Shown here: positions 13,224-20,122 of the stretch, in pieces | Position numbering within the stretch: position 1 is the stretch's first letter | Layout of the letters: each line of letters begins with the position of its first letter | NCBI GenBank assembly: GCA_964573185.1 | Contig: CAZNIQ010000002.1 | Span: 16,485-37,859 of the forward strand | Direction of reading: 5' to 3' | Length of the DNA stretch: 21,375 nt | Source of the DNA: Candidatus Woesearchaeota archaeon | GTDB lineage: Archaea; Nanobdellota; Nanobdellia; Nanobdellales; CAZNIQ01 | The notes under the pieces: model-generated | Seen by the model: only the letters and a program-made list of their open reading frames with translations | Database searches by the model: none | What the model was told of the DNA's origin: nothing | Program-made: the position numbers and the translations under genes

Positions 13224-13679
13224 TTAAAATTGTCTCATATTGTAGCCAAAGATCAAACCTGCGAAGTATATGGCTCCATAAATTATAGGATTCGCTAATA
13301 AAGTATTAATCAGGGTATTAATATCTCCCAAGAGAAAATAGGCACCTGCAAAAGGAATCGCCAAAGAAATAATTAGTGGTAAAAGCATTCCCCCGCCACC
13401 CATCATCCCTCCCATCATTTGACCTTTCAGCATATAACCACCAATAATACCTCCTACAAAGAGTAAACCGAATAATACTGGGTTTGAGGTAATTAAATTT
13501 AAAATTAATTCTATTGCTCCATTGAGATTTCCTGCTTGAAAATAAGCAGCTCCAATAAGTATTCCTATAGCAATAATTAGACCTATTAAGAATCCCCCAC
13601 CACCCATCCCCATACCCATCCCAAAACCTTGTGCTTTCATCTTCCTACTATTCTTCTTCCTCTTTAAATAACTTTTCAA
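13224..13679 (-). CDS. Gly/Met-rich 4-TM membrane protein built from an internal tandem duplication
   Basis: Two homologous halves each start with a G/M-rich tract (GFGMGMGMGGGG and GQMMGGMMGGGG). The start may instead be the ATG at 13640, which would remove the 32-nt overlap with the upstream gene. Confidence 0.6.
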   Translation of the reverse strand: MKSYLKRKKNSRKMKAQGFGMGMGMGGGGFLIGLIIAIGILIGAAYFQAGNLNGAIELILNLITSNPVLFGLLFVGGIIGGYMLKGQMMGGMMGGGGMLLPLIISLAIPFAGAYFLLGDINTLINTLLANPIIYGAIYFAGLIFGYNMRQF

Positions 13680-13944
13680 CTAATTTTTGATATTTATTGT
13701 ATAAATAAACACCTAACTTCATTTTCTGAACAATATCTGCTATTACCATATCATTCTCCCAGTGCCCGAAAACTCTCACTTTATCCCCAACATTTAAACC
13801 AGAAAGATCTTTTACTTTTATTTTAATTTTACCTGTTGTATCTGAAATTATAACAGAATCCTCAGTAATTTCTTCAATTTCTCCATAGATTACAAAGTAT
13901 TTGAATTTTCTACAATCTTTTATTAAACATTCTCTATATCTCAT
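13648..13944 (-). CDS. Small OB-fold (nucleic-acid-binding type) protein, 98 aa
   Basis: YFVIYGEIEEITEDSVIISDTTGKIKIKVKDLSGLNVGDKVRVFGHWENDMVIA matches the beta-barrel pattern of tRNA_anti/OB-fold domains, followed by a C-terminal helix. The start overlaps the upstream stop by 4 nt (ATGA-type). Confidence 0.5.
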   Translation of the reverse strand: MRYRECLIKDCRKFKYFVIYGEIEEITEDSVIISDTTGKIKIKVKDLSGLNVGDKVRVFGHWENDMVIADIVQKMKLGVYLYNKYQKLVEKLFKEEEE

Positions 13945-14693
13945 AGATAAGCTTCTATTAGTGCTGCTAGAAATAAAATAATTACTGAGATAACGAATAA
14001 TAAAATGCTATGGGATAGTATTTTATGAAAGACCTCTTTTTTGTAATTTAATAAAGACAAAGCTAGCAAACCACCAGATAAAGCAGAAATGAAATATGCT
14101 GTAAATTCTAGAATTCCGTGAGGTAAAATATTCAATAAAATAAAAAACACATTTTTTCCTTTTATAAATGATATTCCTAAATAGTAACCAAGTATTGATG
14201 CATTCCAAATTATTACAAATAAAGCTCCTGCACCATAAATGAAATTGAGAATAAAAGATACAATCAAAACTTTAAGATTATTTGTAAAAATTTTATAGAA
14301 GAACTCTCCTTTATTTAAATACATTCCTCTGAACTCTGCAAAAATTTCTTTTATAGCTTCGTTTTGAGGAATTAAAAGAGGAGAATAAGGGTTTATTATT
14401 GTAAATAAAAAATATGCTAGCGAAACTCCTATAAACATTGCAAAGAAATCTTTTATAAAATTGGAATGAATAATAAACTTATCTATTTTTTCCTCAATCT
14501 TCTCTTCTCTTTCTAAAATTTTTGAAAAAATTATAGATAATGGAATTAAAGTTAAGGCTAAAGTAACATATCCAGAACAAAAATGAGTTAAATTTGAGGA
14601 AATTATCATAGAAATAAAGGTTGAGAAGAAAGAAATATATAGTAAGAATAAAAATTCGTTTTTCTTATATCTCTCTAAGAGGAGATCGTACAT
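13941..14693 (-). CDS. SpoIIM/DUF95-family integral membrane protein
   Basis: FTNNLKVLIVSFILNFIYGAGALFVIIWNASILGYYLG...LPHGILEFTAYFISALSGGLLA matches the family signature N...G...NG...G...PHGi.E as I recall it. Confidence 0.68.
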   Translation of the reverse strand: MYDLLLERYKKNEFLFLLYISFFSTFISMIISSNLTHFCSGYVTLALTLIPLSIIFSKILEREEKIEEKIDKFIIHSNFIKDFFAMFIGVSLAYFLFTIINPYSPLLIPQNEAIKEIFAEFRGMYLNKGEFFYKIFTNNLKVLIVSFILNFIYGAGALFVIIWNASILGYYLGISFIKGKNVFFILLNILPHGILEFTAYFISALSGGLLALSLLNYKKEVFHKILSHSILLFVISVIILFLAALIEAYL

Positions 14694-15414
14694 TTTCTAA
14701 AAATTCTCTTTCTATCGGATTTAAATTTGATGGAATGACAATACACCAAGGAGGTTTTTCCCATTTAATTTTCAAAAAATCTTTAATATTCTCATAAAAT
14801 ATTTTCTCATCCTTCCATCCTAATCTTTGGCAGACAATTACTTTTTCATTTACATCAATTACATTTTCTTTTCTTCTATTTTCTATTTCTAATAATCTTT
14901 CTAAAGCCTCCTTTGGGGTTAAAAACTTATTTTCAAAAGGATCTAAATCTAGTAAAATTAGGGTATGAGCGTCTATTGATTTGTTTTGCTTAATAACATC
15001 ATAAGGAACTTCTGAGTAATGGAAAGAGATACTTATCGCTTTTCCAAATTTGTATAAAAACAAACCTGTTCTTGCTATTGCATTGAAAATGGAAGAACTT
15101 TGAATAACTTTATACTTTATTCTATTTCTTTTACAAAAATCTATTAAAGATATATGTGTAGTTGCTGATAATGGATCTCCATATGTTAATAAGACAATAA
15201 TCCTATCTTTATTCTTTAGAATAAAATTTTCTAATTCTTCTTCAACAAATTTTCTATCAACAATTTTAGCTTTTTCTTTAATAATTTTAGGTAGATATGG
15301 ATATAAAGATGTATACCCTTCTAGAAAAACGTAATCTGCTTTTTTGATATATTTTAAAGTTCCTATGGGGATTTCGAAAGGATTCAACCCCAAACCTGCT
15401 AAGATGAAAACCAT
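14665..15414 (-). CDS. dphB: Diphthine synthase (tetrapyrrole-methylase fold)
   Basis: MVFILAGLGLNPFEIPIGTLKYIKKADYVFLEGYTS...VLLTYGDPLSATTHISLI...SSIFNAIARTGLFLYKFGKAISI...HTLILLDL are the conserved Dph5 blocks. Confidence 0.9.
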   Translation of the reverse strand: MVFILAGLGLNPFEIPIGTLKYIKKADYVFLEGYTSLYPYLPKIIKEKAKIVDRKFVEEELENFILKNKDRIIVLLTYGDPLSATTHISLIDFCKRNRIKYKVIQSSSIFNAIARTGLFLYKFGKAISISFHYSEVPYDVIKQNKSIDAHTLILLDLDPFENKFLTPKEALERLLEIENRRKENVIDVNEKVIVCQRLGWKDEKIFYENIKDFLKIKWEKPPWCIVIPSNLNPIEREFLENVRSPLREI

Positions 15415-18400
15415 TGATCCAAAGTAGTTTGTTTCTTAGGGGCTTTAGCAAATGTCTGCTCAACTCTTTGCTTCAATAAAAGAACATTCTGTTTTACATA
15501 TGGATCTTTTACATATTTCTCGGCTAAAAAGACACTAATATCTAAATATTTTCTTACAGCTCCTTCGGGAACAGTAAAAACAATTCTACCACCGCAATAA
15601 GGACACTTCCCAGATAAAGGAACCCTTCTAAATTTCTCATTACATTTTACGCATCTAAACTTTTGATCAGAGAACCTTCTAAGATTTCCTTTTACATCTC
15701 TCGCTAAATGACCTTCTATAACTAATTCTGCAACTACTGAAGCATCTGAAGCTCTAGTAATTTCTGCTAATTTTATCATCGCCATTATCTTTTCCATCAT
15801 GGTTTTTAACTTCTTATAAGCTGAAACTTTATTTCCATAATTTATAGAACGAATATCATGCATGAACCCATAATTAAAATACTGTTCTGGTTTGAACAAT
15901 CTATCACCTACAGTTTCAATGCCTATTTTCTCTTTTACTTCATCAGGATCTGCTGCTTTTAGAGTTTCTTCATAAAACTCCAAAGGATAATGCCAGACGG
16001 TATCGTATTTATGTACTTCATCATCAACTTCATGTGCTTTCAATTTTAATGTTATTACTAATGGAGCATCCATCTTTCCACCTCTCTTTTCAGGTAAAAA
16101 TTCTCTAGAGAAATTCAATAATGCATCTAATAATAAAATGAAAGCTAATTCATCTCCATCACAATTTCTTCTACATCCTGCATGTAATAGAGGATGTGCA
16201 AAAAATGCTTGAGCTTTAGAAAATCCTATAATTCTTACAAGTACGCCAGCAGAAGTGTGTGGCGCTATTGCTATTCCAAGATGTCCAATTAAATCTTCTG
16301 GCTTTTTAACATTATAATAAGGAGGTAATTTATATAATCTTTGTAATTCTTCATCTATAAACTGTGCAACTTTGACTAATAATTTTGCAAAGTTCTCTCC
16401 CCCAGCAGGTAAAATAACATCTTGTGGTTTTAACTCTAAAATTTGATCCTCAGATTCCAAGGGTCTTCCAAATATATCGTGGGTATACCCTAATTCCTTT
16501 AACTTCTCGATTGAAACATAAAGAAGATCTTTTGGTCTGAAATAAATAATTGGAAGTTCGTTTGCATCAAATCTTATCGTTCCATCTCTAAATACATGTA
16601 ATCCATATTTTGCCCTTAGAATTCCCTTTTCTAACCTTTCAGGTGTTTTTGTTTTGTTGGTTAAACCTCTTACACCTTTTACTAATTGTGGAACTTCTGA
16701 TGGCGAGATTCCCAAATTCTTTATAGCCAATTCTAAATATTCTTTTGGATTTATGATTCTTACAGTGTATGGTTTTGTTGGAATATCACATTCTGGACAT
16801 TTCTGAAGTTTAGTTATCCTACCACACCTTGGACACTTGTATAGTTGTATGGTTTCGCTTCCACAAAATTCACATTTGGGATATAAAGTGTATCTTTTGC
16901 ATTTTTCACAATATCTTAATGGTAGTTCTGCTTGGATTTTTCCAACCTTTACAGCTTCCATAAAGTTTCTCATCCTTCCACCTTCTTGACCTACTGGAAA
17001 TAGCATATGAGGTCTTCCTTTCATTTTTCTCATCTTTGCCTTTTCAGGCTTTCCCATTCTAGCCCCGATGTACGTTCCCACTTTATCCCTTATTTTTACT
17101 TCAGCAATCTTCTGTATAACTTCTAATCCATTTTTGGCTTCTTTTGCAATTTCTTTTATTTTATTAACATCTACTTTTCCTGAAATTAGAAAACCTAATT
17201 GAACTGCTAATGCAGAAGAATCCGGATGTTCTATTATTACTTTTCCATTTTCCACTTTGTGAATTACTAGAGCTTCCTCTAATGCTCTTTTAGCTTTTGG
17301 ATCAATATTCTCTATTATAATTTTTTTGATTAATTTTGTTTTCTTTCCATTTATTTCTATTTCTTTCCCATATTCTATTTTAGCGTTCTTTAAAGCTTCA
17401 GCAATGTAAACTACCTGTTCTGGTGAAAGGTCTTTCCAAAAATAAGTGTATTTAGGATGTAATGGAACCTCTAATAAAAGAGAGATTTTCAAAGCTTCAG
17501 AAAATCTAGGTTTTTTCTTTAAGGGATATCTTATTAATTCCTCTAATCGCTTTTTATCTATTTTCAAGAATTCTGCTAACTTTTCTAAACCTTCTATCTC
17601 AAATAATTCTCTTGGTTTCTTCATGTCAAAATGTACTTTAAATCCCTGTACTTTCTTTTCAGCAGCTCTTTCAAATTCTTGTACCCACCATTCTTCACAA
17701 TACCCAGCGGGAGGTAAAGGAACACCATTGTTTAAAAAGTTTCCAAAATTGATTAGAATGTCTCCTAAGAACAAAATTTCTGCTATTTTTCCTTTTAATT
17801 CTTTAGCTTGTTTTACAGTTTTTACTCTTACAACAGAACCATCTTTTAATTTAACAACAGGAGGTTCTATTGTTTCCGCAAATGAAATACCTGTTGATTT
17901 TCCCGGTCTCTCAGGTCTAAATTGTATTCCCACTGTTGGAAATTCGTGTAAAAGATAAGAAGCTGCAGGATGTATTGAAGAAGCTTCCAAACCATTTGTT
18001 CTAGACTTACCATATCTTAATCTAAAACCTCCCTTTGCCATCGGTAATGCAAATACTGGCCTTCCAGCAGCTAATTCTGATAAGTATTTCCAATTTGGTT
18101 TTATTTTAGCTTTAACTGGATCTTCCTCTTTTTCTTCAGAAGTAGGTACTCCACTCTTAATCTTCTCTTGTATTTTTAAAAATTCTTCAAGCCAATTCCA
18201 ATCATCTAAATTAAAATCTTTTCCCCATTTCTTCAATTTCTTCCAAATCTTTTTAGCCTTCTGACACAAACCTTCTGCTATAGTTAGTGCAACACCACCT
18301 CTTATCCTATTTGTCTTTATTCTAGGCAAGTCTTTATAAGCAGAAACTTCTTTGTCTTCTGTTGGCTCTCCATCTATCTCAACGGGTAAGTGCTTTAATA

Positions 18401-19064
18401 AGAATTCCAATTCTTCTCTTGAAGGTCTATATTGCAACCTTTTTATTCTGTCATAATCGTAAATTTCTATTATATATCTCTCTATTTCTTCTTTAGTAGG
18501 ATCCCACTTATCCAATCCAAAAACTTTTCTTAAATAGTCTCCAAATAAGGCAACTAAAGCAGCAGCAGTACCACCAGCAGCTCTTATAGGACCTGCAGTA
18601 TAGATAGCTACATATTCTTTTCCATCCCTTCTTTTCTTTATCTCTACTTTTGCTATACCTTCTATAGGTGCAGCTACAGTACCCATAGTTATGTAAGCTT
18701 CGGCCACTCTTAATCCAACTTCAATTGCATATCTTTTATCATGTGTTTTCTCAAAAACGGCTCTTGCAACTTCTTCTCCAATCTTCAATGCGACTCTCCA
18801 ATCTAAAGGTTCATATTCTTTTTCTAATTCTCTTATCCTTTGGGCAACATTAAATGGTAATTCCTTTAATATGGGAGCTACTAAAGAAACTATTGAAACT
18901 ACTCTATCTGCCATGTCATTTGCTATTTCAATTTCAACATATGGTTTAGGATCTAATCCTTTTTTTCTAGCTTCTTGAGCTATCTTATAGGCTTCATAAA
19001 ACTTTTCTTCTAGCTGTTTAAAATATTCTTCATATTCTTTAGCTAGCTGATCATAAGAAAGCAT
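15399..19064 (-). CDS. polC: DNA polymerase II (PolD) large subunit DP2
   Basis: 1221 aa. The N-terminus is YFKQLEEKFYEAYKIAQEARKKGLDP. There are Zn-finger clusters (CEKCKRYTLYPKCEFCG...CPRCGRITKLQKCPECD and CVKCNEKFRRVPLSGKCPYCGG) and a catalytic region NCDGDELAFILLLD. The length fits an intein-free DP2. Confidence 0.96.
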   Translation of the reverse strand: MLSYDQLAKEYEEYFKQLEEKFYEAYKIAQEARKKGLDPKPYVEIEIANDMADRVVSIVSLVAPILKELPFNVAQRIRELEKEYEPLDWRVALKIGEEVARAVFEKTHDKRYAIEVGLRVAEAYITMGTVAAPIEGIAKVEIKKRRDGKEYVAIYTAGPIRAAGGTAAALVALFGDYLRKVFGLDKWDPTKEEIERYIIEIYDYDRIKRLQYRPSREELEFLLKHLPVEIDGEPTEDKEVSAYKDLPRIKTNRIRGGVALTIAEGLCQKAKKIWKKLKKWGKDFNLDDWNWLEEFLKIQEKIKSGVPTSEEKEEDPVKAKIKPNWKYLSELAAGRPVFALPMAKGGFRLRYGKSRTNGLEASSIHPAASYLLHEFPTVGIQFRPERPGKSTGISFAETIEPPVVKLKDGSVVRVKTVKQAKELKGKIAEILFLGDILINFGNFLNNGVPLPPAGYCEEWWVQEFERAAEKKVQGFKVHFDMKKPRELFEIEGLEKLAEFLKIDKKRLEELIRYPLKKKPRFSEALKISLLLEVPLHPKYTYFWKDLSPEQVVYIAEALKNAKIEYGKEIEINGKKTKLIKKIIIENIDPKAKRALEEALVIHKVENGKVIIEHPDSSALAVQLGFLISGKVDVNKIKEIAKEAKNGLEVIQKIAEVKIRDKVGTYIGARMGKPEKAKMRKMKGRPHMLFPVGQEGGRMRNFMEAVKVGKIQAELPLRYCEKCKRYTLYPKCEFCGSETIQLYKCPRCGRITKLQKCPECDIPTKPYTVRIINPKEYLELAIKNLGISPSEVPQLVKGVRGLTNKTKTPERLEKGILRAKYGLHVFRDGTIRFDANELPIIYFRPKDLLYVSIEKLKELGYTHDIFGRPLESEDQILELKPQDVILPAGGENFAKLLVKVAQFIDEELQRLYKLPPYYNVKKPEDLIGHLGIAIAPHTSAGVLVRIIGFSKAQAFFAHPLLHAGCRRNCDGDELAFILLLDALLNFSREFLPEKRGGKMDAPLVITLKLKAHEVDDEVHKYDTVWHYPLEFYEETLKAADPDEVKEKIGIETVGDRLFKPEQYFNYGFMHDIRSINYGNKVSAYKKLKTMMEKIMAMIKLAEITRASDASVVAELVIEGHLARDVKGNLRRFSDQKFRCVKCNEKFRRVPLSGKCPYCGGRIVFTVPEGAVRKYLDISVFLAEKYVKDPYVKQNVLLLKQRVEQTFAKAPKKQTTLDQWFSS

Positions 19065-19085
19065 ATTATATTTTCTTCTCTAAAT

Positions 19086-19886
19086 TTAAAACCCTTTCTT
19101 TATTATATAAAATTTTTCATTTGGTATTTCGAATATCTTTACAATTTTTAAATTCAAATCTTTAGTAATTTTACTTATCCAATTGTTCCAATCTTTTTGT
19201 CTATATCTCCTTAATCCTAAAGTTTTCTTAGAGAAAGATATAACGAAAAATTCGTAATTAAGATTTTGTAAAAATTCTTTTGTTATCCCTTTTTTGATTT
19301 TTTCTATTAATGGTACAGTTTTCCATAAAAATACGAAGTTCCAGTTAATTTCAGTTAACTCTTGGTTAACTCCGCTAAGTAAGTTAAATACAAACGCATA
19401 ACCTTGGTTAACTTTAGTTAAAAGTCGGTTAACCCAGTTAACTATGTTATGTGACACATCAAAAGCAACATATAATTTAACTTTTTTTGGTATGAAAAAT
19501 ATTGAAAAAGGATTTAAGCCACAAGCCATATCTAATATTGTTATTTCATCTTTATTTGTAACGGAAAAAATTTCTTTATATATTCTTTCGTAATAATACA
19601 TTCTTTCTCTAGTGGACCATGAGAGTGATAAAATTTTATATATATCATACTTTGTAATATTACTTTTATCTAATTTTTCAAAAAATTCACTAAATATATA
19701 ATCTTTATTCAAAACCTCATAAGTGCCAACAGTTTCATGTAGCAGTTTTCTAATTTTCTTTATTAATTCCCTTTCATCCTTTATTTCACCCTTTTCAAGT
19801 ACATATTCTAAAACATTTCTTATAAGACTATCATCAATGTACCGATACTCCTTTTTCTTTTTTATTTCTTTAATCAATTCCTCCAC
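19086..19886 (-). CDS. FmrO/ArmA-Rmt family 16S rRNA (guanine-N7) methyltransferase homolog, GTG start
   Basis: Blocks recalled from ArmA/RmtB align along the whole length: KKEYRYIDDSLIRNVL, KLLHETVGTY, STRER, SAM motif ILDMACGLNPF, FVFLWKTVPLIEK, FFVISFSKKTLG. The track ORF extends to 20138 only by reading through a C/D sRNA and tRNA-Leu. The GTG at 19886 has a TATA-like AAATATAAAG (19907-19916) about 26 nt upstream. Confidence 0.72.
   Translation of the reverse strand: MEELIKEIKKKKEYRYIDDSLIRNVLEYVLEKGEIKDERELIKKIRKLLHETVGTYEVLNKDYIFSEFFEKLDKSNITKYDIYKILSLSWSTRERMYYYERIYKEIFSVTNKDEITILDMACGLNPFSIFFIPKKVKLYVAFDVSHNIVNWVNRLLTKVNQGYAFVFNLLSGVNQELTEINWNFVFLWKTVPLIEKIKKGITKEFLQNLNYEFFVISFSKKTLGLRRYRQKDWNNWISKITKDLNLKIVKIFEIPNEKFYIIKKGF
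19344..19442. repeat. Phased array of GTTAA(C) palindromes inside the methyltransferase CDS
   Basis: GTTAA starts at 19344, 19354, 19365, 19383, 19407, 19417, 19428 and 19437. Five of these are full GTTAAC. Three extend to 8-bp palindromes: AGTTAACT at 19353-19360 and 19436-19443, and GGTTAACC at 19427-19434. Spacings are 10, 11, 18, 24, 10, 11 and 9 nt. Confidence 0.85.
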
Positions 19887-19916
19887 AAATTTTATATTTA
19901 AATACTCTTTATATTT

Positions 19917-19973
19917 CTTGAATGATGAGCACTGGGGTTCCTGAACATGATGACTAGCAAACCATCTGAAAGC
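19917..19973 (+). ncRNA. Box C/D sRNA (2'-O-methylation guide), ends approximate
   Basis: Plus strand reads cttga-ATGATGA(19922-19928)-gcactggggttc-CTGA(19941-19944)-ac-ATGATGA(19947-19953)-ctagcaaaccat-CTGA(19966-19969)-aagctttt. All four boxes are perfect and both guides are exactly 12 nt. A TATA-like TTTTATAT (19890-19897) lies about 26 nt upstream. Confidence 0.85.
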
Positions 19974-19982
19974 TTTTAAAAA
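19974..19982 (+). promoter_or_regulatory. TATA-like box (TTTTAAAAA) for tRNA-Leu at -32..-24
   Basis: The sequence is TTTTAAAAAGAAAGATAAAATATATTCTACTT followed by tRNA position +1 (G at 20006). Confidence 0.45.
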
Positions 19983-20005
19983 GAAAGATAAAATATATTC
20001 TACTT

Positions 20006-20090
20006 GCGGCGGTGCCCGAGCGGTCCAAGGGGTCGGGCTCAAGACCCGATGGCCGTAGGGCCGTCCGGGGTTCGAATCCCCGCCGCCGCA
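20006..20090 (+). tRNA. tRNA-Leu (anticodon CAA), class II with long variable arm
   Basis: GCGGCGG-TG-CCCGAGCGGTCCAAGGGG-TCGGG-CTCAAGA-CCCGA-TGGCCGTAGGGCCGTC-CGGGG-TTCGAAT-CCCCG-CCGCCGC-A. It is 85 nt with a perfect acceptor stem, anticodon stem and T stem. There is no intron and no encoded CCA. Confidence 0.93.
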
Positions 20091-20094
20091 AAAC

Positions 20095-20102
20095 TTATAA
20101 TT
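20095..20102 (+). promoter_or_regulatory. TATA box (TTATAATT) of the aspartyl-tRNA synthetase gene
   Basis: It lies immediately after the tRNA-Leu 3' end. Its centre is about 25 nt upstream of the ATG at 20123, which fits a leaderless mRNA. Confidence 0.45.
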
Positions 20103-20122
20103 TTCTTTTGAGAACTTATCAA

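Noticed and set aside
12658-13227. 189-aa plus-strand ORF, and similar ORFs at 17446..17958, 10241..10618, 87..413, 2064..2264, 2096..2401, 2633..2866, 2956..3213, 5262..5471, 5519..5764, 11382..11615, 19723..19944 and 20188..20460
   Set aside because: All lie entirely antisense to confidently identified genes (PCNA, DP2, PUA protein, AsnRS, L14e/L34e, DUF106, SecY, TIM-barrel protein, V4R regulator, methyltransferase, AspRS). They have low-complexity Ser/Phe/Ile/Leu-rich translations typical of shadow ORFs.
19921-19975. Extending the methyltransferase upstream to include FKKYKEYLNIKF as a match to the ArmA SKKY motif
   Set aside because: There is no ATG, GTG or TTG in frame upstream of 19886 before the sRNA and tRNA. 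The better ArmA match is KKEYRYIDDSLIRNVL downstream of the GTG. The upstream segment is promoter DNA plus the antisense of the sRNA.
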